From a virus (taxonomy: Duplodnaviria; Caudoviricetes): a DNA stretch of 27,697 nucleotides. Below the pieces are notes generated by a model, which did no database searches, was not told the DNA's origin, and was given only the letters and a program-made list of their open reading frames with translations. Shown piece by piece: positions 9,232 to 18,997 of the stretch. The position numbers and the translations under genes were made by a program. The stretch covers positions 1 through 27,697 of the IMG/VR virus record IMGVR_UViG_3300011434_000020; one strand, given 5' to 3'. Numbering within the stretch: position 1 is the first letter of the stretch; each line of letters begins with the position of its first letter.

Positions 9232-10491
9232 TCAGTAGCCAGTGGGAACTGCCAAGTTGTCAATGTAAGCCTGTGCCGGTGGACAATCGCAGAAGAGATT
9301 CCACGATGCTACAATGTAAAAGATCTGGCTTGTAGCAACTCCACCGCTAGCTCCGCGCATCTCGAAAATCTTTCGACCTTCGACCGTGTAGTAGTCAATC
9401 GGATGCAATTCCGCTCGACCCCAATGATCGTTGGTTAAGAAATCAATTCGAGTTTTGTTCCACACAAAGTTGGGCTTGATTGGTGCTCCAGCCAACCTCA
9501 TGTTCTCAGAGAAGAACAAGTTAAGCCCCTGTTCAGAAGCTTCCTTGTTAATGATGGAAACAAGCTGGCCTAATGCTTCATAAGCCTGCACCTGACAGGG
9601 GTGCATCCATGCAGTAAGAGGAGTCTTGTTATCCATTCCCAAACGATCGCCAATCGCATTAATAGCACGACGGGCAAACGCAGGAGCTAACGCAGCAGCG
9701 GCAGCATTAACTCGATTGGCCTGAACTTCTGGCGTTGTTGCACGCGGAAGTCCTAACCAATTACCAACAGTGGAGTTCTGAACGTGATAAGGAACACCAA
9801 AGAGACCAACCGGATTGGCACCGGCTAATCCTTCTGGTAATACCACGTCAGTCGGAGCAATAGCAGCAACAGTTGATTCGAGAATGATTCGCTTGTTAAC
9901 CAAATCATACCCGATAATCTTTACTGGAGCCGGAGTCTTTGCTGCTGCTAATGCTGAGTCATAAATCAGAATCCTCTGACCTTTCCTCAACAACTTAACA
10001 CCATAACCATCAGTTGTCATGGTTAAGGTATCGTTAGCAACCGTTGTAGTTGACAGAGAAGTAACGGTTCCAAGAACTCCGTTACCAGCAGTCATACACT
10101 GAGATTCAGTCTGACGACGGAACTCAGGCATAGCCTTTGCCATCAACTCTTTAAACAAGTTAATGACAGACTTCCGTGAGTCGTCCGTTCCCCACTGAGC
10201 CTTTGTGTTCCACTGAATTGCGTGCTTGAAGTTTACGGTATTGATTACGGCCTTGTCGTAAGTCTGGCCGTCACCAATCCCTAAATCTCCACCATCGGGA
10301 TTGTAATACCCGAAGTATCCGCCAGGACCAATAGCGAGAGGAATCCGCATATCTCTTTCCGAGATAACTTCGGTATCCTTCTTCTCTACGGTCGAAAAGA
10401 ACTTGGCAGACTCCAACTCGTAGAGCATGGAGAGCTTCTTACGAACCTTCTCCATTTCAACAGAGAGGAGCTGCGTTCCGCCTACAGCCAT
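9232..10491 (-). CDS. major capsid protein
   Basis: 419 aa, AGGAG RBS, follows the scaffold gene and precedes a terminator; HK97-fold-like layout (E-loop region, long helix, C-terminal NLFCDCPPAQAYIDNL). Confidence 0.85.
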   Translation of the reverse strand: MAVGGTQLLSVEMEKVRKKLSMLYELESAKFFSTVEKKDTEVISERDMRIPLAIGPGGYFGYYNPDGGDLGIGDGQTYDKAVINTVNFKHAIQWNTKAQWGTDDSRKSVINLFKELMAKAMPEFRRQTESQCMTAGNGVLGTVTSLSTTTVANDTLTMTTDGYGVKLLRKGQRILIYDSALAAAKTPAPVKIIGYDLVNKRIILESTVAAIAPTDVVLPEGLAGANPVGLFGVPYHVQNSTVGNWLGLPRATTPEVQANRVNAAAAALAPAFARRAINAIGDRLGMDNKTPLTAWMHPCQVQAYEALGQLVSIINKEASEQGLNLFFSENMRLAGAPIKPNFVWNKTRIDFLTNDHWGRAELHPIDYYTVEGRKIFEMRGASGGVATSQIFYIVASWNLFCDCPPAQAYIDNLAVPTGY

Positions 10492-10500
10492 GATGTGCTC

Positions 10501-11814
10501 CTATTTCTTGAGGTATTTGGGACGCCCATTAAGGATGTCCATGTCGGTTGTTCTGGAACGATCAACTCTGCTGAAATCAATCTTATCTTCACTTTTGTTG
10601 CCACCCAACCCAGCAGGAACAAGTCGGCGTGACTCAGACTTTTGATTATCTTTAAACTTTATTCCAGCTTCTCTGAGCACTTTATTACGAACACCTGGTA
10701 AGGCTTGTCTGGCTCTTTGTAAATAAGCCTTAACAATTCTAGACTTCCAATCTGGTGAATACTTGGAACCTCGGGCCTGATCAAAAAGACTTTGAATCCC
10801 ATTAAGGTATCGTTTGTCGGAACCAAGAATCTCGTCAACTCCTGAGAAAATGTCCCGAATAATATTTCGTTTTTGGTAATCATCTAGCTTAATCCCATCA
10901 AGTTCTTTCGTAATAGAAAGCTTCATACTATGATTGACGACTTCGGTAATAGCCCCTTTGAATTCGTAGGACTTAACCGTTTCAAATTCTTCTTTCTCTT
11001 TCTCCCAATCCTCTTGCTCTTTTGTCTTAGTATTTTTCTTTCTCTCTTCAAGAGGAGCTTTAATATCCTGGGTATCAAACCAATAGTTGTGTGCATGAAT
11101 AGCTACTGCTGCTAAATTCTTATTACCAGTCTTAAGAGCATCGTGATACATTCCCATGAGAGCTTTCTTCATGGGCTTTAACATTACTTCCCCGTAAAGC
11201 TGGGGATTAATGTGTCCAATAGAATCTAATATAGTATGAGAGAAGTCTTCAAACGATTCCTTACTAGTGTTCTGAATCGCCTTAAGAAAGTTCCCAGTTC
11301 TTTCTACATCACCAGAAGCAATGTCATTATACATTGATGCTAGAAAGCCAGAATTCCTAGCAGCAACTTTAGCCTCTTCTGGAGTAGAGAAGACTTCAGC
11401 AAATTGCTTGTCCCTTTCTAGGGCTTCGCGTAAGCCGGGAACTTTCTTAAAGAGATCAGGAGCAACTTTCTTTACCGCTTTAGATAAATCAGAAAGAGCA
11501 AGTTCTTCTACATCCTCTTCCTCTTCATCATCATCTTCATCTAAATCTTCTCCCCCAGTCCCATCAGTTTCTTCATCATCATCGGATTCCCCTTCTTCTT
11601 CATCTTCTTTTTCTTCTTCATCTTCTGAAACGGGTTCTTCTTCGTCTTCTCCATCTCCATCGGAAACTTCTTCATCGGAAACGGCATCATCAGTCTCCTG
11701 ATTCAAAATCTGCTTATCAGTTCTATCGGTCTGACCAATGTTTGTTGACTGGGCTGAAGCCGGTCCACCAACACTATCAGGAAATAAGAAAACTTTAGGA
11801 ATAAACATTATCAA
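10501..11814 (-). CDS. capsid scaffolding protein
   Basis: Long Asp/Glu tract at the N-terminus, helical body, position between portal and capsid. Confidence 0.7.
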   Translation of the reverse strand: MIMFIPKVFLFPDSVGGPASAQSTNIGQTDRTDKQILNQETDDAVSDEEVSDGDGEDEEEPVSEDEEEKEDEEEGESDDDEETDGTGGEDLDEDDDEEEEDVEELALSDLSKAVKKVAPDLFKKVPGLREALERDKQFAEVFSTPEEAKVAARNSGFLASMYNDIASGDVERTGNFLKAIQNTSKESFEDFSHTILDSIGHINPQLYGEVMLKPMKKALMGMYHDALKTGNKNLAAVAIHAHNYWFDTQDIKAPLEERKKNTKTKEQEDWEKEKEEFETVKSYEFKGAITEVVNHSMKLSITKELDGIKLDDYQKRNIIRDIFSGVDEILGSDKRYLNGIQSLFDQARGSKYSPDWKSRIVKAYLQRARQALPGVRNKVLREAGIKFKDNQKSESRRLVPAGLGGNKSEDKIDFSRVDRSRTTDMDILNGRPKYLKK

Positions 11815-11820
11815 TCACCT

Positions 11821-14073
11821 TTAAGGAATTGTTGTTGACGCTGAATTCGGTCCTTCACCTGGCGGTTTTTCATTTGGAGTTTCTGTCCTCATCATCTGCA
11901 TCATTTGATGAGCTTTCCAATGAAGCATCACATTATGGTAGCCGGGCGGGTTTTCTGCCTTAGCTTTCTGACCTTTAGAACCAGTTAACCAAACTACGCA
12001 GACTTCCATCTCTACTGCATGGTCTTCATGTTCTTCAGGAACAATAGATGATTCCATTCCCAATGGAGAATTAGGAGAAGGAACCGGCTGTTGCTGAATA
12101 AGTAGAGAGATTTCCCGATACTGCTTAGTCCTTGCATTAATTCCAGGAATGTAGAGTTCGGGAATGGAGAGTGCTTTCTTTACCAGTTCATTATTCTGAG
12201 GATGGGTGAGCATTGCCATTACCATAGGATCTTTGGTAGTCATTAGACCCATAATGGTATCTTTGATCTGCATAGGAGAGATTGGCAACAACTCAGAGAA
12301 TTCTGGTTCACAATTACCAACTTCACCACGCTGAAGAGCCATGTGATCTACTTTAGTTGTCTCAAATCCAGCAGCGGTCTTGTCAACTAGCTTCTCATCG
12401 TACTCTAATACGTTGGCATACTCTAAAACAGCCTTATGAATCACGTCTGCCCATAGGAAAGAGGCTATTGCTGAGACTGTACCCAATCTTTGTAACGCTT
12501 GATTCTGGCTTTTTGTATACTCCGTCGCTGTGCTAGTTCCAGGAACGGAGCCGCCGTAAACAGTAGGAAAGTCGCCAGTAACAAACTCAGCAAGATTACG
12601 ATATTTAGCAGTAAGCCCAACAATTTCAGGGGAAAGCTGAGCAGTACGAGTTTCAAAGAAGTTTTCTGCAATGTTTCGTCCCGGTTCTTTGAAAGCTTGG
12701 GTAATGTTACCCGGTTTAGCTTGCTGATTACCATACTTTTGGAAATCAATAGCGTCCGACGCAATGAATAGCTCAGCGATTCCATGTTCCATCGTCTGAA
12801 GCTCAAGTTCGTCGATTTCTGCATTAATATCCTGAATCATTGCAAGGTTTGTTCCTAAAGGTTCAGCATGAAGCGAAGAACTTCTAGGATCAAGACCAAT
12901 AGTCCAATGCGCGTCCATGTCTTCGCCATTGATTTCTACCGGCTCACCGTTTACATAGATTACGTAGGTACCTTCTGGATGTTTCTTGTTGATTTCGTCT
13001 ACAATATCTCTATTAACTGAGTCACCTTTGCCGGTTACTAGCTCTAATTGCCACGGCCGGTACCAAACACACTGAACTATTGCAGTATTTTGCGGTTGGT
13101 TATTCAGGAAAACAGAAGGATACCTAATAGTACTATCCACAGAAATGTCAGCAGTAGAAGGCTCGATATTATCAATGAGCGGTTCTTCACCATTTGGGCC
13201 ATTTACACAAAAAATAGACCGAAGAGAAGCAACTGACTGATCAAATTTAAGTACAAGATAGCCACAATGCTCTTGTGCCCTAGCATGATAAGGAACTTTA
13301 ACATTAAGAACTCCAAATGGGTCAATGATAACCCTGGATTTCTCTTTGTTTACCTGAATAGGGACAGGAACCTGAATAGTTTGTGGAGTTACTTCGGTAG
13401 TAATCTGCTGTCCGCAGGAAGGACATTGAATGTTTACAGGTTCTTGACCACCTTCACCAAAAGGATTACCACAAATTGGACAATCATGGGTATGGCTGGT
13501 TTGGTCTTGAAGACTAACTTCTTCTACCTGATAAAAACCAAATTTTCTGTCTTTCTTACTGTAAGAGTAGACAAAAGGAGTTCCTTGATTAAAGAGAATG
13601 GAGAGGATTTTGATGTAGAGAAGCTTTGCTTTATTGTGCTTTTGAATAATCTTAGCCAAAGACGAATAAGCTTCGGCCTTCTCGATGTCATCAGGATTAT
13701 CAGCATCATCAGGGAAGAATAAAACGGAAGGTACTCCTACGGAGAGTGCGGCTATGATGCTTTCTCCATGAGGACGATAGATATTAATTATGCGAGGAGG
13801 AATTCCCTCACTCTCTTTTTCGTCCCAGTTTGGAATACTCCAATCATTCTGGAGGTTGTCCCAAAAGAGAGTAACAATATTATTGAAGTATAATTCCAGA
13901 CGCTTTGCTTTTCTAACCCATGCGTAGTGGACGGCTTCGTCTTCAAGGACACACCTAGACAGAAGAGTAGTTAAGAGAGACTTCCACTCTTCAGGGACAG
14001 CAGTAGCCTGTTTAGGTTTCTCTGCCGTCTCGTCTACTGGTGGTGCTTGTTGTTCAGTGCCGTCAGGTATCAT
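11821..14073 (-). CDS. portal protein with zinc-ribbon insertion
   Basis: 750 aa just downstream of the terminase; podovirus portal-like motifs (INIYRPHGESII; TATEYTKSQNQALQRLG); CPIC...CPSC insert. Confidence 0.85.
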   Translation of the reverse strand: MIPDGTEQQAPPVDETAEKPKQATAVPEEWKSLLTTLLSRCVLEDEAVHYAWVRKAKRLELYFNNIVTLFWDNLQNDWSIPNWDEKESEGIPPRIINIYRPHGESIIAALSVGVPSVLFFPDDADNPDDIEKAEAYSSLAKIIQKHNKAKLLYIKILSILFNQGTPFVYSYSKKDRKFGFYQVEEVSLQDQTSHTHDCPICGNPFGEGGQEPVNIQCPSCGQQITTEVTPQTIQVPVPIQVNKEKSRVIIDPFGVLNVKVPYHARAQEHCGYLVLKFDQSVASLRSIFCVNGPNGEEPLIDNIEPSTADISVDSTIRYPSVFLNNQPQNTAIVQCVWYRPWQLELVTGKGDSVNRDIVDEINKKHPEGTYVIYVNGEPVEINGEDMDAHWTIGLDPRSSSLHAEPLGTNLAMIQDINAEIDELELQTMEHGIAELFIASDAIDFQKYGNQQAKPGNITQAFKEPGRNIAENFFETRTAQLSPEIVGLTAKYRNLAEFVTGDFPTVYGGSVPGTSTATEYTKSQNQALQRLGTVSAIASFLWADVIHKAVLEYANVLEYDEKLVDKTAAGFETTKVDHMALQRGEVGNCEPEFSELLPISPMQIKDTIMGLMTTKDPMVMAMLTHPQNNELVKKALSIPELYIPGINARTKQYREISLLIQQQPVPSPNSPLGMESSIVPEEHEDHAVEMEVCVVWLTGSKGQKAKAENPPGYHNVMLHWKAHQMMQMMRTETPNEKPPGEGPNSASTTIP

Positions 14074-14294
14074 TCTGTTTCAATTTCTAATGCAGTATGT
14101 TTAACCTTGTTAGCTAATGCTTGTTCTCTTATCTTTGAGTAGACTGACCTGTAACCTCTGGCACCTTTGAACTCTACTTCGTTCTTTACTCTTTCAAACT
14201 TTTCGTCACGCATTAGAGCTTTAAGTTCAGCTACCTCATCTTGCAAGTAAACAATGAACTCATCCTTTGCTCTAATGGTACCTTCTAAAGCCAC
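14070..14294 (-). CDS. small coiled-coil protein between terminase and portal (start uncertain)
   Basis: Stop overlaps portal ATG (ATGA); a GTG at 14294 gives 74 aa; the frame is open further into terL up to 14504. Confidence 0.55.
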   Translation of the reverse strand: MALEGTIRAKDEFIVYLQDEVAELKALMRDEKFERVKNEVEFKGARGYRSVYSKIREQALANKVKHTALEIETE

Positions 14295-15933
14295 GACGAC
14301 GGAAAGTTGTTCCGCTTCTTGCTTCTTTCTTTGATTCGAGGTATTCCATCTTACGGTAAAAAGCTGTTTGATCGCCTTGAGAAAGCTGGTTAATAGCCTC
14401 TTGAGTCTTTGCATCATGCTCAAATTGCTTGGCATTGGCAACTTGGTACTCTCTGATTCCGGTGAGGAGGATTCGTATACAGTCGTAAGGGTCGTCACCG
14501 TCAAACTCCTTTACGTCCTCAGCTTTCTTTCCTTCTTCTGGAGAGTCAGCGTATACGCAAGCCGGAATCGTTTCTACTAACATGGGACAGGTATCAAATA
14601 TTTGAAGCTTAGGTAAATTCTTTTCATCCTTCTCTTGCTCAAATAGCTTTACATATTCTACATAAGCTGTTTGACCGTAGAGTCTATATACTTTGTCTGC
14701 ATATTCTTTGTCGAAATCTCCTCCATATATTTTAGCCACTGAATCCTTAGGCGTCCACCGGAGGTATTCATGTAAAGCCAGCTTACCATTAATTCTATTT
14801 CTTTCTCCAAGTTCAATGCCACATTTGAATTCCGCTTTACGTAAAGACTTTTGTAACTGGTCATAAATAGTAGACGGTTCACCTTTGTTCTGGTCGGCTG
14901 AATGGCAAATCTTAACCTTAGCAAGTATCTCTCGTTCCTCCGGCTGGGTTAAGTTAATCAAGTCTGTTAAGTAGTCTACTACTTTTTTTCCTTTGAAAGC
15001 GTATTCTCTGTAGATAAAGACCCTACCATTAGGGGATAAGGCTGCCCAATATATAACTGTATAGGCTGCGTAACCCCAATCAATTGCAATAAAACGGGGC
15101 CACCAGCTTGGGATTGAAAAAGGTTCAATAACATGCCTTGCATTATCTGGTTCATCAGATAATGGTTCGAGTCTGAATTCGTTAAAGACTTGTCCCTCAT
15201 ATGTATCCCAATCACCATAAAGTTTAGCCTTCTTTTCTGCTTCACTCAGAGACATCAACTGTTGGATGTACTCTGGATTGTTTGCTAATAGTGTAGGATT
15301 ATCCTGAATCCTGGCCGGAATGAATATCCTTTTCAATCCGGTAATGGAATCTATTAAGAGTCTGTAGCCTTCTTTCCAAGGCTTAACGAATCTCTTCTTA
15401 AAGTATGCATGACCAACATTTCCAGGATTGGTTCCGCTCCTTGCAATGGCAGGAAGATCCGCACATCTAGAACGGAGCCGGGACATAACGAGATATGAAT
15501 ACTGGAATTCTGTAAAATGTGTTGCTTCATCATATGAAATGAGGTTATACTGGTCGGAGTCGAACTTTCTAATATCATCTTCTTTATCCGCTCCGCCAAA
15601 ATATTGAACCGCTCCTGAGGGGAACGTCCACTTCTTTTTGGTATCATTGAAAACCCCACCAAGACTAGGATATATTTCTTTGGAACGAGATATTAACTCT
15701 GTCTCTAATTGTTTGAGATTACGACGTAATATGATTCCCTTGTACAAAGGATGTTCATGGAACTGATAGATAAGAGGCAGCCATATAATGAGTTCTGTCT
15801 TTCCGGCTCCAGCAGCACCACCGTACAATGCTTCCTTAACAGACCAAGGAATTGCGATAAAGTCATTTTGCTTCTTTGTGGGAGTAAACTCCCGTTCAAC
15901 TACCGATTGAACTTCTACCCGGTTCGTGAGCAT
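14272..15933 (-). CDS. terL: terminase large subunit
   Basis: Walker A GGAAGAGKT, Walker B LISYDEA, coupling motif GTNPG, RNase H-like nuclease AIDWG...DDPYDCIR. Confidence 0.95.
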   Translation of the reverse strand: MLTNRVEVQSVVEREFTPTKKQNDFIAIPWSVKEALYGGAAGAGKTELIIWLPLIYQFHEHPLYKGIILRRNLKQLETELISRSKEIYPSLGGVFNDTKKKWTFPSGAVQYFGGADKEDDIRKFDSDQYNLISYDEATHFTEFQYSYLVMSRLRSRCADLPAIARSGTNPGNVGHAYFKKRFVKPWKEGYRLLIDSITGLKRIFIPARIQDNPTLLANNPEYIQQLMSLSEAEKKAKLYGDWDTYEGQVFNEFRLEPLSDEPDNARHVIEPFSIPSWWPRFIAIDWGYAAYTVIYWAALSPNGRVFIYREYAFKGKKVVDYLTDLINLTQPEEREILAKVKICHSADQNKGEPSTIYDQLQKSLRKAEFKCGIELGERNRINGKLALHEYLRWTPKDSVAKIYGGDFDKEYADKVYRLYGQTAYVEYVKLFEQEKDEKNLPKLQIFDTCPMLVETIPACVYADSPEEGKKAEDVKEFDGDDPYDCIRILLTGIREYQVANAKQFEHDAKTQEAINQLSQGDQTAFYRKMEYLESKKEARSGTTFRRRGFRRYH

Positions 15934-16658
15934 TATCTTCTTCTAAATAGTTTATCAATTTCTTCGGAACTTAATTCACTCATCTTCCGTTTATCTGATG
16001 AAAGACCTCTATTAAATATATTTTTATCTCTAATTCTGAGTTCATTCCATAAGTCTTCTACATATTGTGCGCCAGGCTTAAAACTAAATTGTCCTTCATC
16101 TTCAGTTGAAGGATCATTTCTATGGCTTAATTCGTGAGCAACAACTGAACCTCTTGAATATTCTGGTAACTTTGGATTAATATAAACATTATTACCATAT
16201 TCTTTACTTCCAGTATTGGGAGACATTCCTAATAATGTAGTATCAGCTGGGTCAAATTCACCTTTGAATATCTTACTTTGTAATGGTTCTCTTGTATTCC
16301 CTGCAATATATCCTGTTGGAGGTACAGTAGTTAACGTACTAGGTTGTGCTGTTCCTGCTCCCGGTGCATACTTTCTAATATCTCTTACATCTTGGTCAAT
16401 ACCCTTATTCATGGTAGCCGGTTGTTTAAACGGATAAGGTGATGGAGGTAATTCAATGTCTGCATACATTCGATTACCTTGTTCATCAAATTCTCTTAAA
16501 TCAAAACTTTCTGATTTTCGTCTCGGCTCCATTAATTTTCTAAACATTGCTAGCTGAGCTTCTTCTGATAATGAGCTAGCCGGAGGAGGAGCTAATCCCT
16601 TCAGCTTCTTAATCAGTTCTTCTTTAGATGGGGGTGGCCCACCTCTTCCTTGTGGCAT
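15933..16658 (-). CDS. protein with HExxH zincin-like metallopeptidase motif
   Basis: NVYINP...RGSVVAHELSH; translationally coupled to terL (TAATG). Confidence 0.6.
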   Translation of the reverse strand: MPQGRGGPPPSKEELIKKLKGLAPPPASSLSEEAQLAMFRKLMEPRRKSESFDLREFDEQGNRMYADIELPPSPYPFKQPATMNKGIDQDVRDIRKYAPGAGTAQPSTLTTVPPTGYIAGNTREPLQSKIFKGEFDPADTTLLGMSPNTGSKEYGNNVYINPKLPEYSRGSVVAHELSHRNDPSTEDEGQFSFKPGAQYVEDLWNELRIRDKNIFNRGLSSDKRKMSELSSEEIDKLFRRR

Positions 16659-17245
16659 TACTTACCAGTCTTCCATTTACGTTGGTCAGTACCCTTAGGA
16701 ACTCTCTCGTAAACTGTATATGGTTTACCGGCTCGCTTCATAGCTTCTTTAGCAATCCAGCTTTCAATGTTAGCAAGACTAGGAAGTATCTCTGGTTTCC
16801 TCTGATCAATCATACTACTATCAGTATCGAAATCCCACTTATCATAAACACTATCATATTTAGGATTACTCTTATCATACTTAAAATGTCCTAATCCCTC
16901 TACATTATATAGTTCATCATCATATCTTGAAGATGGAATGATATGTAACTTTCTATGTGGTAAATCATCCGGCTTACCAATAGTAGGTCTGTCTGGTTGT
17001 ACTTCTAATATGTCTTTATCTGGATGAAGATATTGTTCTAAGTATGGCTCATCTTCATCTAGATATGCTCCTCGTGCCCGAGCAGATTTCTTAATTACTC
17101 TTTCTATCATTCCTTCTTCTACATCAGAAGGATGAGTTTTAGGAATAATTGTTTCTAGTGGTAAGTTAATATCTTTCTTTGTAGACAGACCTTTTAAATC
17201 CTCTTGCTTCTTTGCATAAGTTGGACCCTGCTTACGCTTAGCCAT
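16658..17245 (-). CDS. hypothetical protein
   Basis: 195 aa, TAATG coupling to the next gene. Confidence 0.7.
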   Translation of the reverse strand: MAKRKQGPTYAKKQEDLKGLSTKKDINLPLETIIPKTHPSDVEEGMIERVIKKSARARGAYLDEDEPYLEQYLHPDKDILEVQPDRPTIGKPDDLPHRKLHIIPSSRYDDELYNVEGLGHFKYDKSNPKYDSVYDKWDFDTDSSMIDQRKPEILPSLANIESWIAKEAMKRAGKPYTVYERVPKGTDQRKWKTGK

Positions 17246-17253
17246 ACTTAACC

Positions 17254-17354
17254 AAGATCAAAAGCGGCTGGTGAACGTGAAGCTTGTTCGCTGCCTCTCG
17301 GCCCGTTTGAGCACCCAAGTGCCCGAGCCGCCAGTGCCCGAAGATCAAGAGCGG
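17254..17354. other. GC-rich structured intergenic element bounded by 14-bp direct repeats
   Basis: AAGATCAAAAGCGG (17254-17267) and AAGATCAAGAGCGG (17341-17354); internal pairings GCGGCT/AGCCGC, GGTGAAC/GTTCGCT, GCAC/GTGC. Confidence 0.6.
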
Positions 17355-17366
17355 ATAGACTAGTAA

Positions 17367-17747
17367 TCACTGAGCTGGTTCTAAATGCCACTGGACGTTT
17401 AACTTACCAACGTAATTGGAACCGGCTGCCTGTAAAGTAACACTCATAGTCTTATCTGTTTGACTAGGAATATAGAGATTCAGAACTCCAGTAAAGTCTG
17501 GAATGTCTGCATCCCATTTAATCTTATCATCCAGCCGAACAGTAAGTCTACTTCTAACCGGCGCGGCTGTTGCTACTGCACCTTCCTCCATAGCAAATGA
17601 GTATTGAATTGCATCCAATACCCAAATCCTATCTCCCGATTCTTCTGGAGGTTGAGCAATAGTTACATCTCTACCAACGACACTAACTGCGTGGTCAGTA
17701 TTGATACCTCTATAGGTACCCGGCTGACCTATTAGCTTTGCTATCAT
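17367..17747 (-). CDS. hypothetical protein
   Basis: 126 aa beta-rich ORF, TAATG coupling. Confidence 0.7.
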   Translation of the reverse strand: MIAKLIGQPGTYRGINTDHAVSVVGRDVTIAQPPEESGDRIWVLDAIQYSFAMEEGAVATAAPVRSRLTVRLDDKIKWDADIPDFTGVLNLYIPSQTDKTMSVTLQAAGSNYVGKLNVQWHLEPAQ

Positions 17748-18148
17748 TAGAGTGCTCTGAATTTGGCAACCAAAGCCCAGTATTCGTGATTAGCAGGAAT
17801 GTTTGACTCTCGATGGTCAAACTTACCAAGGATCTCACTAATCTGTTTGACTAGTTCATCCTTCTGTTTCTTTGTTTCTTTCTCTGCTTCAGTAAGTTCT
17901 CTGGGTTCTGCAACCTTGAAAGGTTCATCAAAGTCACCCGGCAGGCTGGCTTCAACAAAAACAGGAGGATGCTTTGAATGAGTACGTTCCCATTCTAATG
18001 CTTCTCGTGGAGTCTTTGGTAATGTTGGAGTTGGAACTGGTTTAGTTTGCCGTGCTTCTTTCTCTGCTCTTTCCTTGTCCGTTAATGGAACGGGCGTAGA
18101 AGGAAGTGGAGCCGGTTTGGGAGCATCGTAAGTTTTTTCGTTAGCCAT
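17747..18148 (-). CDS. hypothetical Pro-rich protein
   Basis: Start reassigned to MANEK (18148) because of the AGGAG RBS. Confidence 0.7.
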   Translation of the reverse strand: MANEKTYDAPKPAPLPSTPVPLTDKERAEKEARQTKPVPTPTLPKTPREALEWERTHSKHPPVFVEASLPGDFDEPFKVAEPRELTEAEKETKKQKDELVKQISEILGKFDHRESNIPANHEYWALVAKFRAL

Positions 18149-18158
18149 TGTCAATCTC

Positions 18159-18407
18159 CTAATTGGGAAGTCTGTCAACGATTGCCGTTTTTAGCACAGC
18201 CAGCCGGTCTACTAAGTACTCTCTAATCCTATCGTCATCCTGAAACTCAGAGAACCAAATCACTTGGTTTGGTAATGTAAAGTTTCTAGGAACGTAAGTA
18301 AAGTTATACGTTAGTATTCTAATTGTTCCGGCTGAAGGATCACCCGGTACTTTAGGAAGTTGTTTATCTTCCTGAATTAAAACTTCCCAATCGCCTATCG
18401 TCGCCAT
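18159..18407 (-). CDS. hypothetical protein
   Basis: 82 aa ORF tiling the operon. Confidence 0.6.
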   Translation of the reverse strand: MATIGDWEVLIQEDKQLPKVPGDPSAGTIRILTYNFTYVPRNFTLPNQVIWFSEFQDDDRIREYLVDRLAVLKTAIVDRLPN

Positions 18408-18802
18408 GTGCCGTTTACCGACAAAGTAGTAAAGAAGAAATCACTACTAGTTGCTTCTCGGAACAGATTACCGTTAACAAATACTTGCGCTGATAGGAAT
18501 GGTAACGTTACGGACAATGGAAATGCTAAAGGTGTTACGTCTAATGATAGGAACAGTAAACTCTCAGTCGTGTTAAATGCTGCAAAGAATGGTAGAGAGG
18601 TTACTGTTTGTATCAATCCATCAGCCGGCGTACTGTACCTAATCCTAACAGAGGAAGCATTACCAACAACCCTAAACTCTATCTTGCTATTGATTACTTT
18701 CGGTTCTTCTTTTTGAGTAGGCTCTGTTGGTAGATTGATAGTTATTTCTCTATCACATCCTGCTGCAAATAGAATGAGACATAGTGCTAGACATACTCTC
18801 AT
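18395..18802 (-). CDS. lipoprotein with MmpS/Ig-like beta domain
   Basis: Signal peptide with lipobox MRVCLALCLILFAAG-C; AAGGTGG RBS; IEFRVVG...IRYS...SLPF pattern. Confidence 0.75.
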   Translation of the reverse strand: MRVCLALCLILFAAGCDREITINLPTEPTQKEEPKVINSKIEFRVVGNASSVRIRYSTPADGLIQTVTSLPFFAAFNTTESLLFLSLDVTPLAFPLSVTLPFLSAQVFVNGNLFREATSSDFFFTTLSVNGTWRR

Positions 18803-18819
18803 TGGCCACCTTTAGACTT

Positions 18820-18996
18820 TTAGCCATCGATGCTCTCATCATGAACAGACACAAAGACTAGAGCAACAGCAGTACCAACAGTGGTACGGTAGAGCCAGCC
18901 ACCTTTAATACGTAAACGTTCAGTACAAGAGTTGGTGTCTTTCTGTAATGCTTCCCAATCTCTTGCTGTTTCTTCTGGATTGTATCCACTTGGCAT
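18820..18996 (-). CDS. small hypothetical phage protein
   Basis: Start reassigned to MPSGY (18996, GAGG RBS); ERLRIKGGWLYR...VFV motif common in small phage proteins. Confidence 0.6.
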   Translation of the reverse strand: MPSGYNPEETARDWEALQKDTNSCTERLRIKGGWLYRTTVGTAVALVFVSVHDESIDG

Positions 18997-18997
18997 G

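Noticed and set aside
11321-11701. Ser-rich plus-strand ORF and other antisense ORFs across 1-20 kb
   Set aside because: Shadow frames of the minus-strand genes, e.g. the Asp/Glu tract of the scaffold.
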